Shown here in pieces: positions 12,031 to 26,315 of a stretch of 36,863 bases of DNA. The notes beneath the pieces are model-generated. The model worked only from the letters and a program-made list of their open reading frames with translations, ran no database searches and was not told the DNA's origin. The stretch comes from Welwitschia mirabilis (Eukaryota). Position 1 is the stretch's first letter, and every line of letters begins with the position of its first letter. The position numbers and the translations under genes are program-made. The stretch covers positions 48,913,181 to 48,950,043 of the forward strand of contig JBOZIK010000001.1 of assembly GCA_051453625.1 (NCBI GenBank), read 5' to 3'.

Positions 12031-14079
12031 TTAAAGTACTTAAATATATATAAAAGTTCTTGAATTTTGGAAAACATGTCAACAATAAGAGAATTTTACT
12101 AATTGAATGCAAAATGTCAGAACCATTAGAGTTGCAATAAAAGAATTATGATCAAAATAAGCATTGAAATTTACTAATCTACTTTGATTTTCAGAAGGGG
12201 AGAAAGAAAAGAGAATAATTCATGAAAAAGTAGATAATTATAAACTAATCTACTACTATTGAAAAGAAAAAAAAATAATTCATCATCATTTTCTTAAGAA
12301 GAAATGTGGAATGATGAGAAAATGTACTAGAAAAATGAGAAGAGTGAAGGAAATAAGGAAGAAAAGGGATAAAAAATATGATTATTTGAAATATAGTAAT
12401 CAACCATACAAAATTATAATATGTTATTATAGGTACTAATGTATAACAATCAAATTAGCGCTAATTATGCAATACACTATAATAATTATAACTAAATTAA
12501 AATAAAGTATGATAAAAATGCATAAATGAAGTAATTAAAATCATAAAAACATAAAGAAAAGAACACTTATTAGTTTTAGATAAAAACACAGATCTTTTCA
12601 TTAGTCTTTAATCCAATTGGTTATAAGATTTTATGCTTTTTCCTCCTCTTTCACTGCCTTTTCATGTGCCCTTCATCACCCCTGCAATGCCTCTAGATGA
12701 ATGAAAATGGGGGGAAAGGTAATGGAAAATGGAATTTGAAAGGACATAGAAGGATGATAAGGGATTTATCTAATAGCAAAATATGTGAATGAAGAATGTA
12801 GAAGGCTCTCAAAGTTTATATGGAGAAAATATCAACTTGCAATTGAAGAAATATAAGAGAATTAAAGTAAAAATCTCCTTCTAATGCTTAAGAATGGCTT
12901 GAATTATATCAAAATGAAATGCAATTGTATAATAGTACTTTGATATGCATTTGGACATAGGGAGGGGTTTTTATAGGTGCTCTTGGATTAGTTTTAGGCC
13001 AAGGAGTTGTTAAAGCCATTACATTTATGCATGTGATTTATGACACATTAGTGAAAACTGTCATATGATGGTGCACCATCATTCTACTCATGGAAGTGGC
13101 ATTGCAGCATCAGAAATAACTACCTAAACTTCCAAAAATAAATTTAATCCAATTTTATCTTTTATAACTTACAATACATGAAATCATTAAATTTAACTCA
13201 AAGATGACTAGAAATATATAAATTATAGCTCCTTGAAGGCAATTTTCCAAGGTATTGATCTTTTAAAGGCTCTAATATCATTCAATGTCATGCATCCCAT
13301 GTCAAAATAAGTTAAAATCATTATGTTATTAGTGGATGAGATATAATGATGAAAAACGAATAATGAATCATTTATAAAGATGACAAGTTAAAGTGGTCCT
13401 TCATGCTTCATATTTTCACCCTCCATATTGACCTTTAGATCAAAATCATTATGTATAGCCTCAAATTAGATCATAATACATCATTTTGAGTTCATTAAGT
13501 GCTTAAGGTCCCTATCACCTAAAAAGTAAAAAAAAACCTCTAAGTGCAATATTATATTTCAAAAAGTAATATAAAATTATGACTATTAATACCTTATTTC
13601 ATTAAAAATTGAGCTTCATTAATTTTTAACTTGAAATTATATTAAAATAAATTATCTATGAATAATTTCAATTTATTTTGATAATTTCACTACTAATTCT
13701 AATCTTCATATTATGTAACCATAAAAAATAACATAGATAACAATTCTTTAACAAGAATACCTAAATCTTTAAACTTATTATTAGATAATAAAGATTCAAC
13801 ATACTACTTAAGACCCTTTCATGATACACTTATCTGCTTTCTAGTTGTTAAAGAATTAAAGTCCCAATTATGTTTATAAGAAGGCTAAGATCTAATTTAT
13901 AATTTGTTTTTTCTACTACTATAACTAGGATCTTATTCTTATCTACATTAATCTTCAATCTTGATGAGTTACAAAACTCATCTAAAATTTAAAGCATGTG
14001 ATTCATTCCTTTCTTAGGTTTAAAAATTAAAATAACATCATCTATATAAGAATAAGAGTAATTAAAAAAAATTACTTGA

Positions 14080-14590
14080 TGTAGAGCTAAGATAATGAAA
14101 ACCCTAGGATCATATTTTGAATTGTATATGTAGTGAAGAATGAAAAATAAACAAGAAATATGCAAGGGAAAAAATAATGAAGGTAATGAAAGAAGACCTT
14201 TACATTAATAATATGGAAAATATAAGATTACAAATTAAAATTACATTTGATAAATCTTTTGTAAGATCTCCTAAGTAGTGGTTTCCAAAAGCCTCACTTG
14301 GATTCTATCACTTTGATCACTATGCCCCTTATGCCTACCACTATCCTCTATTTATAAGGATATAAAAGAAATGTTAATCATGAAGAAATCCTATAATACT
14401 AGTATCTTATACATTTTACCATAAATAACTTATAAACATAACATACACCTTACACCTAGGTACCTCTAACATAGCATAATTATTACACTTAAATTCCCTT
14501 TAAACATGTTAAATTAAAGAGCTACTCATTCTAACATTGAAATTGCACATGATAAATTTTAGTTTCTACATAAGTATATTAAGACCTTAG
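14080..14590 (-). mobile_element. probable 3' end (RNase H tail, PPT, 3' LTR) of an old minus-strand copia element
   Basis: Minus strand reads aaagggaa (PPT-like, ~14494-14502), then TGTAATAA (14487) and CCTTATAAATAGAGG (TATA, ~14345-14359). Left boundary approximate. Confidence 0.45.
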
Positions 14591-15656
14591 TGTTGTGATG
14601 CTAACTTATACATATGCGATACAGTATTTCTAGTTGTTTTGCAGGTAAATAGATAGGAAAATGCTTGATTTCCATGATAATAGAGAGCTAAGATGAAAAG
14701 GATAGGAAACACGCAATCTCTATGATAATTTACAGCATTCTAAAAAAATTTGAATACTTTACATCTCTAAAGATAACTTCCTGTAAACATTGAGGCTAAT
14801 GCAATAACTGAAGAATTATCAAAGGCCATCATCCATCTAATTGTCCGGACGACTGTACGAATGACCATGCTAACTGAATGCTGACTGAAGTTTATCTGGA
14901 AGCTTATGTGAATTGATTATGATTTGGTATTATCTCCTCTATTGTCTGGACAACCATCTAGATGACACTGTTGTAACATCTATATTGAATAGTCACCTAA
15001 CCTCTGCCACTTGTATCTTCCATTTTTCCCTTGTATGGCCATTATAGTTTACCCGTGTCTTTCTGTCTTTGTTGTTATGTCCTCGACTCTTGCTTATCTT
15101 CGATTACACCTGAAATTCTCATGATAAGAAATCGAAGGACCAAAGATCCATCTTATAGTTCCAAAAGATATTTCCTTAGTATTGGATGGTGTTTCCTCCC
15201 TTAAGGTGTGGCTACTTTATAACATGGATGTGGTTTTATCATTAATACAAAGTATTTCATTTTATTCTTTTAATGTGTGACCACTTCTCACCCTCATAGC
15301 TTATGTTGCTTCTAATTCGATGACAGTTTCTCTAGTGATATAGGTTATGAGGGTAACCTTTATCAAGGTTATGCTTGGTTAGTTTAGGTTAAGTGCATTA
15401 TTGTTTTCTTTTCCTAGATTAGCTTTGCATGAGTCTATTTTATTTTACTTTCATGCATTTCAAGTTATTTCTGTAGATTAAGATGCAAGTATTTCTTTGT
15501 GGAAAGTAATTCTCTTATTTCCTACTTTGGTCTTCAAAAGATTATGATATTTAGGTCACTCAGGTCTATATTAATGTGTTGTGTTTATGCATTATTATTT
15601 GTGATTGACAAGATTCTACTCAGGACATAAACATTTCATAAATATGCACAACAACA
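14591..15656 (+). repeat. 5' LTR of Athila-like element 1
   Basis: starts TGTTGTG, ends ACAACA; colinear with 26875-27875. Confidence 0.92.
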
Positions 15657-15658
15657 TT

Positions 15659-15678
15659 TGGGTAACATTGTTAAGGAA
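15659..15678 (+). other. decayed primer-binding site (tRNA-Asp type)
   Basis: tgggtaacattgttaagga vs Athila-type TGGCGCCGTTGCCGGGGA; differences are mostly C>T/G>A; immediately after the LTR. Confidence 0.65.
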
Positions 15679-16314
15679 GGCTGCTTAGAGTTCGAGAGTT
15701 GTCACTGCTTCAATAAGTATTTTAGTTTGGATGCTTGCTGCAGTAGCAGTGTACTATTATCTATAATAGCATAGGTTTTTTCTTTTTGTAGAGTCAGTTT
15801 TCTGTTTTTCAAATAAAAGTATATTTTCTGTTCTACTATAAAAAGTCAGTCATCTGCTTCATCGTCCAGACAATGTACAGCGATGACGACCTCTGTGCTG
15901 TGAATTTTCTATTTTAGTTTTCTATTAAAAATTTTTAGGGTCTTTTCCATCATCCCCTTTATCATCCAGATGACCTGAGAGAATGAAAATCTACTTTCTG
16001 AGTTTTTTTATTAGAGTTAGTCTTTTTTTTCTGTTTTCTGCTTTTTATTTTTTTGTGATTTCTGTGTTTCTATCATTTAAGATTTCATTTAGATAATGGT
16101 AGGGACGACACTTTATACATTTGAGACTAAGCATGAATGGTAAAATCTAGTAAGAAAGTAAAATACTATAGAGAGCGACTATTAATTACTAAAAATATTA
16201 GAGAAGGTTTAATAAATCTAGAAATTAAAATAGGTAAAAATAGTAAAGGTATGTAAGATTTTAAATTTCTTGTAATTTATACTTTCATTTTTGTAGAGTC
16301 TGATTTTGCTATCA

Positions 16315-18500
16315 TGTCTATCTCATTCCAAAAGTAAAAGCGACCTATCTAACCAAATACATCTCTTGTCATTAGAACCATTACAACCACTCCTGCTCAT
16401 ACCAATGCTAATTTCACCCTTAGAGATCTCATAGCAAATAAGAAACATAAAATCCAAACTCCTTTTAACTTACCTTCTAGTGATGATGTTGATCTCTATA
16501 ACCTAAACGCATATGCTACCTTTAGTGAAGAACTCAATGAAGATCCTTTGCAACACATTGTCAATATAGAATAACTAGTTCTTACTTCTAAAAATAGTAA
16601 AAAACATACAAGTGATACATATACATGGTCATCTTCCCCAACACTTCAAGAGATAAAGAAAAACTATGGCTTAAAATGATTTCCCACAAAAGTCTAAAAT
16701 ATTGAAGTCAGGTTTAAGAAGCCTTCATTAAGAGATTTATGAGTGAAACCACCATCTAGAAATATAAGAAATAAGTCACAAACTTCCAATAAATGCCTAA
16801 TGAAGATTATGCTTCTGCCTATGAGAGATTATTTGTTACTTTACATTCAAACCCTATAGATGCCTTTTCACAGGTGGAACTTATTGATTATTTTTATAGT
16901 AGATTAAATATTCACACTAAGCAACTTGTATATTTTTCATGTGGAGGTAACTTATTAAATCAAACCTTAGATAATGCTTGAAAAGTATTGAAAGATTTGA
17001 TAGAAGTGAGTTAAACATGGCCTAAACCCTCACCTAGAGAAAACCAAATTATAGGTGAAATAATTAAAACTATAAAGGAGGTAAAATATGAGAAAAATGA
17101 AATAAGAACAAAAAATAAACCAACTAATATCATAAATGATTTCATGTCTACCTTAGAAAAATACACACAAATGATTTTTAATGCTAAGGTGGTAACCGAG
17201 AAGAGTGAAGTTGTAATTATAATCTGTGATTTATGTGAAGATAGTTACCATGTTACTAAATATTGTTCCTTGCTTCTAACTTACAAAGATAAAATCTATG
17301 AGGAAGTTTATGACTTTAATCAAAGATCTTTAAACTACAACTAAAACCAAAATCAAAGATAAGTACAAAGTTACAACTTTTAACATAGGATGAGTGAATA
17401 ATCTAACTCTAGAAATTTTCAAATAAATAATCCTAACTTCCAACCTTTCAAAAATAGATTTAAGAACTTAAACTTTTAATCCAACAATTCAAACAACATG
17501 GCAAGCTCATCCAACTCCCAAAAATATAATGATTCTCTTAGGAATTCCATTGAGGAGTTGAGAAAATTACAAGAAAAGACCAACTTAAACATTGAAAATA
17601 CAAACACTAACATAGAAAATCTTGTGAGCATCCTTCAATAAACTAGGCTTACCAACCAAAAAGCACAAGGGTCTCTTATTACTCAACCTTTACCGAACCC
17701 AAAAGAAGTTAGAAAAGACTGTGAGGTAGTGATAAGAAGTGAAAATAACACAAATCCTCCTAATCATAAGGCTTCAACATCACAAAGTGATAAGAATGAT
17801 GAGGAAGAGGACATATAAATCTTACAAAACAATTCATTCCCTTCTTCATTAAGCAAAAATAAGAAAGAGCCTTCACAAAAGAAACCTGCTACCTCATGGC
17901 TTGATAGGCTTAACTCAAATTTCATTTTTGATAATTATTCAAAATCCTTAATGAAAAATGTGAGTATTAACTTACCATTTTGGAAACTTTTGAAAGAAAA
18001 CCTAAGATATTCTAAGCTATGGAAAGACTTAATAAGAAGAAAATAAAAACAAACCATCCATAGTAAAGTCTTCTTAGCTTAATCTGTTAGCAATTTGGTT
18101 TGCCAAAAATATTTAAAGTTTAAAGATCTGGGGGAGGTAACTATGAGTATTACTTTAGAAGCAAACTATAGGGAAAAAAAAGCCTTAATAGATATTGGAG
18201 CTCATGTGAACATCATGTCCTTACACATTTATCAACGACTTGATTTGGAAGAAAGAGTAGAACCTACATAGATTATCTTAGAGATAGCTGATACTTATAT
18301 GAAGAAACTATTAGGTATGATTAAGGACTTGGTCATTCAGATAGATAAATCTTTCTACCCCATTAATGTTGTTATTTTAGAAGTTAAGTACCATGGTGGA
18401 TCTCCATTACTTCTAGGTAGAACTTTCTGTGCAAAAGTCCACTGTACCATAGATATAAGAACTGGATTGATGAATTATCATTTTGGAAATAAATAATTTT
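16315..18500 (+). pseudogene. Athila-like gag and aspartic protease, disrupted
   Basis: Retrotrans_gag-like LIDYFYSRLN...SCGGNLL; CDLCEDSYHVTKYC knuckle; KDLGEVTMSI; ALIDIGAHVNIMS (DLGAS protease motif, ~18185); PLLLGRTF. Confidence 0.88.
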
Positions 18501-19049
18501 TAATAAAAGTTTTTAATGTGGTTGAAAAAGATTTAAGTAATGATTTAAGTGTGGAGGAAGAAATTAGGTTAACTCTATTTTTATAGCATTGTTCACTTGA
18601 GGAAAGATCCGTGCTTCATGAACCAACCCTGTTTGATAATAAATTAGAAGTAGACTACCTGTATGTTTTTGATGATCAACTTGATTTTGACCATATGACA
18701 ACTAAGTTTTCTGACCTGGAGAGTAGAGAGTATGAGTCCGTCAACTGTGCAGAAGTCCAATAATTTAGCAGACTTGAGATTTTTTATTTTAAGAGTAGTT
18801 GTTCACTACTGACTTTTAGATGATAGTTCAAGATGACGACTTATTATCCTAAAAATTTTCTAGAAATAAAAAATCTAAGCTTAAACCTAAACCTAAAACC
18901 TTTAGATAGTGGACTAAAATACATTTTCTAAATAGTGACTTGAATAAACCCTTGATTATCAACAAAAACGTTATCCCTCAATAAGAATCAAGTCTCATCT
19001 CTCTTCTATAATTTAAGGTAAATGTGTTTGCTTAGTCCCATAATGATTT

Positions 19050-21086
19050 GACAGCTATACCCACTTCCATTATGTAATATAAAATCTACCTTAAAGAAAA
19101 TGCTAAACCTATGAGGCAACCCCAATGTAGACTAAATATAGCCTTTAAACAAATTATAAAAGATAAAATCATAAAATTAATGAATGTTGGAATCATTTAT
19201 TCTATTGCTGATAGTGAGTGGGTTAGCCTCTTGATGGTAGTTCCAAAAAAGGATGGGAAATGGAGAATGTGCATAGACTTTAAAAAACTTAATAAAGTAA
19301 CCAAAAAAGACCATTATCCTTTTTCTTTTATTGGTCAGATTCTCACTAGGATTCAAGGTCATGTATTTTACTATTTTCTTGATGGTTATAGTCATTATAA
19401 CCAAGTTTGCATTACTAGTCAGAATCAAGCCAAAACCACATTTACTTATCCTTTTAGTGCTTTCGCTTTTAAAAACATGCCTTTCAAACTTTGTAATGCT
19501 CTCGGTACTTTTCAGCATGCTATGATAAGTATCTTTTCTGATATGCTTGAGGATTCCATTGAGATTTTTATGGATTACTTCTCTATTTATGCTGAAACTT
19601 TTGAATAAATTTTAGATTATTTAGTGAAAGTATTAGACCGTTGCATTTCTAGTGGCCTCCACTTGAGTTGGGAAAAGAGTCTATTTCTTATAGGAAGTGA
19701 CGTTGTTTTAGATCACCATATGTCTCAAGAGGGGATTAGGATGGATGCTTCTAAAGTTGGTATTATTTAAAACCTAAGTCCCCCTACAAATATTAAATAG
19801 ATCTGATATTTTCTTGGTCATTATGATTTTTATCATAGGTTCATTCATGATTATGCTACTATTTGTAAACCCCTTTACTTGTTACTAGAGAAAGAAGTTA
19901 AATTTAAATAGAATGAATCTTATCAACTTGCTTTTGATAGGCTTAAATGTAAATTATCTTATGCTTTGATAGAAATGGGACCCAATTGGGAACTTGATTT
20001 TGAGCTTATGTGTGATGTAACTTTGCCATGGATGGGATTCTTTGTCAAAAATATGAGAATGATTTTAAAGTTATATCTTACCATGGTAAATATTTATTTA
20101 GAGCTCAGATGAACTACATCACTACATAGAAAGATATTCTAGCTATTATCTTTTGCCTTGATTTTCTTAGACATTATATTTTAGGATTTTACATGAATGT
20201 TTATATCGACTATGCTACGATTCATTACATCATGACCAAGAAAGATTCTAGTGCCCATTTAATTAGATGGATTCTTCTTATGTAAGAATTCAATTTGACC
20301 ATCATAGATAAAGTAGGAAAGTATAATTCTATTGCCTATTATTTATTTCGACTTCCTTCTCCTCTAGATGATATTATCATTGACGGTGCTTTCTTGATAA
20401 GTAGCTTTCTGCTATCTCTTCTTTTTATTCTCCTCTATGGTATGTTGACATTATGAACTATCTTGTAACTATGAAAACACCACAACATTAGACTTACAAC
20501 TAACATAAATCTTTTCTTCATCATATAGGTGACTATGAGTGGATTGAGCCATATTTGTATCATAGGTGCAAAGACTAGATCATGAGAAAATGTATGCCCA
20601 ATTGGAAAATACCCTAGATTCTTCATCTTTATCATAGTGGTATTTGTAGAGGACATTTTAGTGGATATAAATCTGCCATGAAAATCCTTCATTTTGGTTT
20701 TTATTAGCCTTTTTTTTCATGATTCGTTTGATTTTTTTAGAAGGTGTGATCCTTATCAGTGTTACAATAGCCTTATTTGTTCACAGGAAATGCCCTTTAG
20801 ACCTATTCTTGATTGTAAGCCTTTTGATTATTGAGGTATTTATTTCATAGGTCCTATTCACCCACTTTATTTTAATAAAAATTACATTTTAGTGGCTATT
20901 GATTATGTGACTAAATGGATTAAAGACATACCTACTTCTTTGAATGATGCCTAAACTATCTGTCATTTTCTTAGAGCTTATATCTTTTAGAGATTTGATT
21001 TTTCTAGAGTTATCATTAGTGATCAAGATACTCATTTCATTAATGTAATTTTTAAAAAACTCCTTCTATTCATTGGTATTGAACAT
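19050..21086 (+). pseudogene. gypsy RT, RNase H and integrase (copy 1, cut by the gap), disrupted
   Basis: SEWVS..VVPKKDGKWRMCIDFKKLN, FLDGYSHYNQ, MPFKLCNA, IFMDYF; FELMCD; LIRWILL; ILVAIDYVTKW; IISDQDTHF. Confidence 0.95.
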
Positions 21087-21186
21087 NNNNNNNNNNNNNN
21101 NNNNNNNNNNNNNNNNNNNNNNNNNNNNNNNNNNNNNNNNNNNNNNNNNNNNNNNNNNNNNNNNNNNNNNNNNNNNNNNNNNNNNN
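21087..21186. other. assembly gap (100 N)
   Basis: run of N. Confidence 1.
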
Positions 21187-22790
21187 AAATATAAGAATGA
21201 TTTTAAAGTTATATCTTATCATAGCAAATATTTGTCTAGATTTCAAATAAGATATACCACTACAGAAAAAGAGATGCTAGTCATTATCTTTTACCTTAAT
21301 TCATTTAGACATTATCTTTTGGGCTTTCATACTAATGTTTACACTGACCATACTGCCATTTATTACCTTATGACTAAGAAAGATTCTAGTGCATATTTGA
21401 TTAGATGGATTCTTCTTATGCAAGAGTTTAACTTAACCATCATAGATAAAGTAGGAAAACATAACTATGTTGCTGATCACTTATCTCAACTTCCTTCTCC
21501 TAAAAATTATACTATCATTGATGATTCATTTCTTGATGAGTAGATTTTCACTGTTTCTTCTTCTTATCCTCCTCTATGATATGCTGACATTATTAATTAT
21601 CTTATGACCATGAAAACACCATAACACTAGACCTATAACCAATGTAAATCCTTTCTCCATAGGATAGGTGAGTATGAGTGAACTAAGCCACATTTGTACC
21701 GTAGATGTAAAGATCAAATCATGAGAAAATGTATGCTTGATTGGGAGGTAGCTGAGATCCTTCATATTTGTTATGAAGGACACTTTAGGGGACATAAAAC
21801 CATGATGAAAATCCTCCATTCTGGTTTTTATTGTCCTTCTCTTTTTCATGATTCTTTTGATTTTGCTAAAAGTGTGATCTTTGTTAGTGTTATGGTAGCC
21901 TTGTTCATTCATAAGAAATGCTCCTTAGACCTATTTTTGAGTGTGAGCCTTTTGATTATTAGGATATTGATTTTGTAGGCCCTATTTATCCACTTTCTTT
22001 TGATAAAAATTATATTTTAGTAATTGTGGATTATGTAACTAAATGGTTTAAAGTCATACCTACTTCATTGAATGATGCTTGTACTGTCTGTTATTTTCTT
22101 AGAATTCATTCTTTTAGGGATTTGGTTTTCCTAAAGCTATCATTAGTGATAAGGGTACTCATTTCATTAATTAAATTTTTAAAAAACTTCTTTTGTCCAT
22201 TGGTATAGAACATAGAGTAGCTTATGCTTATCATTATCAAACTAATGGACAGGCTAAAAATGCTAATATAGAAATAAAGAAAATGTTATAAAAACTTGTC
22301 TCTATTAATAAAAAGTCTTGGGCTTCTAAAATTAATGATATACTTTGGGCTTACTGTACTACTTGGCATACTTCTCTTAGTTTTAATAGTAAGTTTTGTG
22401 TTTTACTAGTTGATGTGTGTTATAATTCTTATCGTGCATCTCATCAACTTAATCTTGTAGATTTTTATAAAAACCTTAAATATAGATTAGCCAAATTAGG
22501 TCATCTTAATGAAAAAAACTCATGCCATATATCGTTAATTAATCTATAAAAAGCCCAAGCAAAGTTTAAACATGATAAAAATATTTTTCATAAAATGTTT
22601 GAGCCTAGTGAACTTGTCTTGTTATATAGCATTAGAGTTCATCTTTTGAATAACAAGTTGACCTATAAATTATTAGGTTCTTACCTTATAGAGAAAAGAC
22701 ATCAATTGAAATTTTAGGCTTATAGACTTGACAGATTCAGAAGGTTAATGGGTAATAGTTGAAATTATATGAAGGATCTTTAGAAACAAC
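21187..22790 (+). pseudogene. gypsy RNase H and integrase (copy 2), disrupted
   Basis: YTTTEKEML, VYTDHTAI, LIRWILLMQEFNL, NYVADHLS, GHFRGHKT..KILHSGFY, YHYQTNGQA, KVNG..LKLY. Confidence 0.95.
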
Positions 22791-25065
22791 CATGAACATG
22801 ATAAAAGCTCTTATTTTGGAGGTTCCATCGATGAGAAGGACTTCCTCCCTATCATTATTTGAGTTCTTTCTTAACCTACTCCTTTAGTTGATATTATGAT
22901 GTTACCTGATCATCTTTCAAATTTGACTTCTGTATTTCTTTATGAAGTTTCATGACTAGTTTTATACTTGGATATTTACAAGTGATAAGATTGGATTCAC
23001 CTAATCTTGATACATTCCCATCTCTATGGACTTCATTTAAAGGAATATGCCTTGGTTTCTTATATTTTCTTCCAATGGTGTTAAGGTCTTGAATTATTTG
23101 GAAGTGTTCTTTCCTATCTTTTATATCACTTATTCACCTTTATATTTTTTAAGTGTCTGATTATGTGGGAATTTTTTAGGGAAAAAAGGGAAAAAAAGAG
23201 GAGAAATAATGATCATGACCTATTATATTTTGTACTTCAAATAAAAATACTTAGTCACCATGATGTTTTACTGCACTGGGATAAATATTTCTAAAAAAAA
23301 TCTTTGGTAGTCTTGGTTATTGTGGGAACTCCACTGGGAGATCAATTGGCCATGCTTCGCATGTTCCTACTACTCTAACAGTGGTTGCATTTTCCTCATC
23401 ATGGGAAAATAAATAAAAATTTGAGATTAGGAATCAGTGGTATTCCTGGTGTCATCAGAGGCATTCCTTATTTTCTAGACTCTTACTATTCCCACTTGGT
23501 CATTTCACTTTTGAAGATTCAGGTGAGTTTGTAGGATGAGAGTAGGTGAGTTCATTTGTAAGTAAAATTTGATTTTGTCATTCATTATTCTATGCACTTA
23601 AAGCTTTAACTATCACTATAACCATTGCCTTTTCAAGTAAACTTTATAAATTATACACATTTTGTCATGCATACTTACTTAAGTGATATTATGATGTTTT
23701 CCTTGGGAGTTTGCTAGGTTAGTACTTAGGATAGTTAAATAATCTTCTTCTTGTTCCTTGTGTCCATTTTCACTATATTTTTATTTATTTTTTAAGTTTA
23801 CGATTTCAAAGTCATTTTCAAATTTTCTTCTTCTTCTTCTTCTTTTTTTTTTTTTTTTTGGTAGGACCTTAATCATTTAATCGTTCTCTTATTGTTTGAT
23901 CATGTTAAATCATTTTTCCAAAAATCATTTGAAAAAATTTTAAAAGAACATCTTTTCATTTTCAAGTTTTTATTAGTTCCCTTATAGCTTATGGAGTTCT
24001 AAGTTTAGCATGCTATCATTTTCCATTTAGGCATATTCATGCAGTTTTTCTTATAGGTTTCAATTTAGATAGTTTGGTTTCTTTAGCTATAGTTTTTTCT
24101 TTCTTATGTGTTTGTCCTTTTTCCTTTGTTTTTTATAGTTTTCTGTTTGGTTTTCTATCTTTCTGCATTTTTCTTTTTAGAACTGCTACTTAAATGATTA
24201 TATCTGAGCCCAATTTTTTTGGCTAATCTTTTTCTTTTAAAAATCTTTTTTATGCCCTCTCATTCAACTTGTTGTTCAGATAATACTGGAAAAACAACAA
24301 TCTAATTTTTTCTGAGAGTCATCCTAGGGATGTCATCTGGATGATGCGTCGGATGATAGTGTGATAAAAACATGGCCCAAACACTTTTTTCTTATTTTCT
24401 CTCATTTTCTTATCATTTTCCTTCACTATTTTGAGAGACGATGATCCCTTTGGGTTGTACAAACATTTCAGAACTTATCCCACTCAATTTCATTACCAGA
24501 TTCGTGAGATTTTAGTAGATTTGCAAAAAGGAGGTATGTTTCTCTCTCCTCCTATTTTTCACTTTTTTCTCCCATTTTTCAACCTTTCGACGTGCATTTT
24601 TTATGTATATTATTTAATTTTTTTCATGGTCTTCATTTTGGGACTTATAGATTTGAATTTCACTATGTATTTTTTAAGTTATAAGAATTTTTGCATATTA
24701 CTAGGTATTTCTAGATTTTCACCTCGAAAATCATAGGTCAAAACATGGTGGTCCTTTAGGTAAAATTGATTAGTTTATGTTCTACGACTTTGCCAAATTA
24801 GATTTTTCATTTAATTACTTCAAATTTTTACTTCATGTAGGGCACACTAAAAATACCATTTTTGCACTTTTCACATTTTTCTCATTTTTTCTCTTATATT
24901 TAGGCAATTCGAGATACATTACACCTTTTAGAGGATTAAGACATATTTCCAATATTTTTGCTAGTTTTTCATTAATTTTAGGGCTTGTTATTATGCATTC
25001 ATATAATATTTTTGAATTTTCTTTCTATTTTCACATCATGATTTTTTGTGTTTTTGATTGAGTAG

Positions 25066-26315
25066 GCCCCATACATGTAGAACTAGATAGGATAAGGCTG
25101 AAGCTAAGGCTTTAGAGTAGAGATGGGTCCTTTGGTAGATCCAAAGATTAGGCATGTAGAGTCTGCACATCTGCCACCTCGACATAGTTGTTCTTTGAGC
25201 ATACAGACTGCTAGCATCCATGTCAAGTGATATTTTGATGACTTTATGAGTCATATAGAGCCTAATGTAGACTAAAGACTAATAGAATTATGGCTCCTTT
25301 GGATCATATATGTACATGGATCTTACTACATGTCAGAGATAAGAGAGTCTTATGACACCATGCATATAGAGAGGCGACCTGAAGCTCGTGGTTAGCTTTA
25401 GGACATGATCATTGCTTTTATACGATACCACAAGATAGCCATTATCCCATCCCATATTGTAGTTACCACAGATCTTAGTAGGCTTCAGAGCATGCATATT
25501 CATTTAACTAGTGGGATAGAGGAGCGTTGAGCATACAGCGCCATTTTGGATATATTAGCTGATTTGACTATGGATCGACAGGGGGTAAATGTTACCCAAC
25601 AGATTCTTGCTTATAGAGTATTGCACAAAGGGCTAATTTATAACATCAGTCTATGTTCCATAATAGTCATGCCATGATGGCACACTTTTAGATTTTGACA
25701 ACTTTTTAATAAGGGGAGTAGATGGACTAACCAACTTTTATCTGGAGGAGACTTAGATCCATGATAGAGGCACGAAATATTTAGACACTTGGTTATTCAT
25801 ACCTCCTCTTAGCACTTTTTAGATGGTTTGGGATACTAGAGCACATGAGTGAGTAGCACATTTCACACATTCAAACATCTTCTCGCTATTTACAAGACAT
25901 GGATATATAGGTTCCAACAGAGGAAGAGAGATCTCAAGTACAGAGACTTATGGTTGAAGCCACTCTAGAGTAGATTCAGGCTCTCTTGGCTAAGATAACT
26001 CAGACCATTAGAGGTTTCATGGATAGAGGTATCAAGGCACTTGATCAGAGGATCTAGACTCTTGAGTAGATATTTAAGTAGTGAATCCTATCCATTAAGA
26101 AGGGAGTACAACACATTGAGAACCAGATGATCGACATGCACCAGCATGTTATCTTCATTCAGTAAAGTGTAACTATAGATATTCCTGAGGTAGTTCATGT
26201 TCGGGCTAATGAGATCTTCAAATCTATTAATACATCTCTAGACATCCTTTTCCCTATGGATCTTGAGCATCCTTCTTCTTCTTGCCCTGCTCCTAAGCCA
26301 GCTACTGAGTCCTAG
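25066..26315 (+). pseudogene. env-like / putative plant transposon protein 3' ORF of the Athila-like element, disrupted
   Basis: Higher-GC coding-like block between INT and the 3' LTR; YYMSEIRESYDTM resembles the Y..LVREFY.N motif; YRVLHKGLIYNI; most stops look like CAG>TAG or CGA>TGA. Confidence 0.65.

Noticed and set aside
13300..13700. Possible DNA-transposon terminal inverted repeat (aaggtccct context)
   Set aside because: No partner TIR or TSD found by eye
19177..21912. Minus-strand ORFs overlapping the gypsy pol
   Set aside because: Antisense shadows of pol with no independent motifs
20048..22212. Simple uncollapsed contig overlap as the explanation of the duplication
   Set aside because: The copies differ at roughly 20% of sites, far above sequencing error or heterozygosity; a paralogue misjoin remains possible
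23822..23859. (CTT)n plus poly-T tract as a retroposed poly-A tail
   Set aside because: Lies in the normally T-rich Athila INT-env spacer; no TSD or SINE body seen
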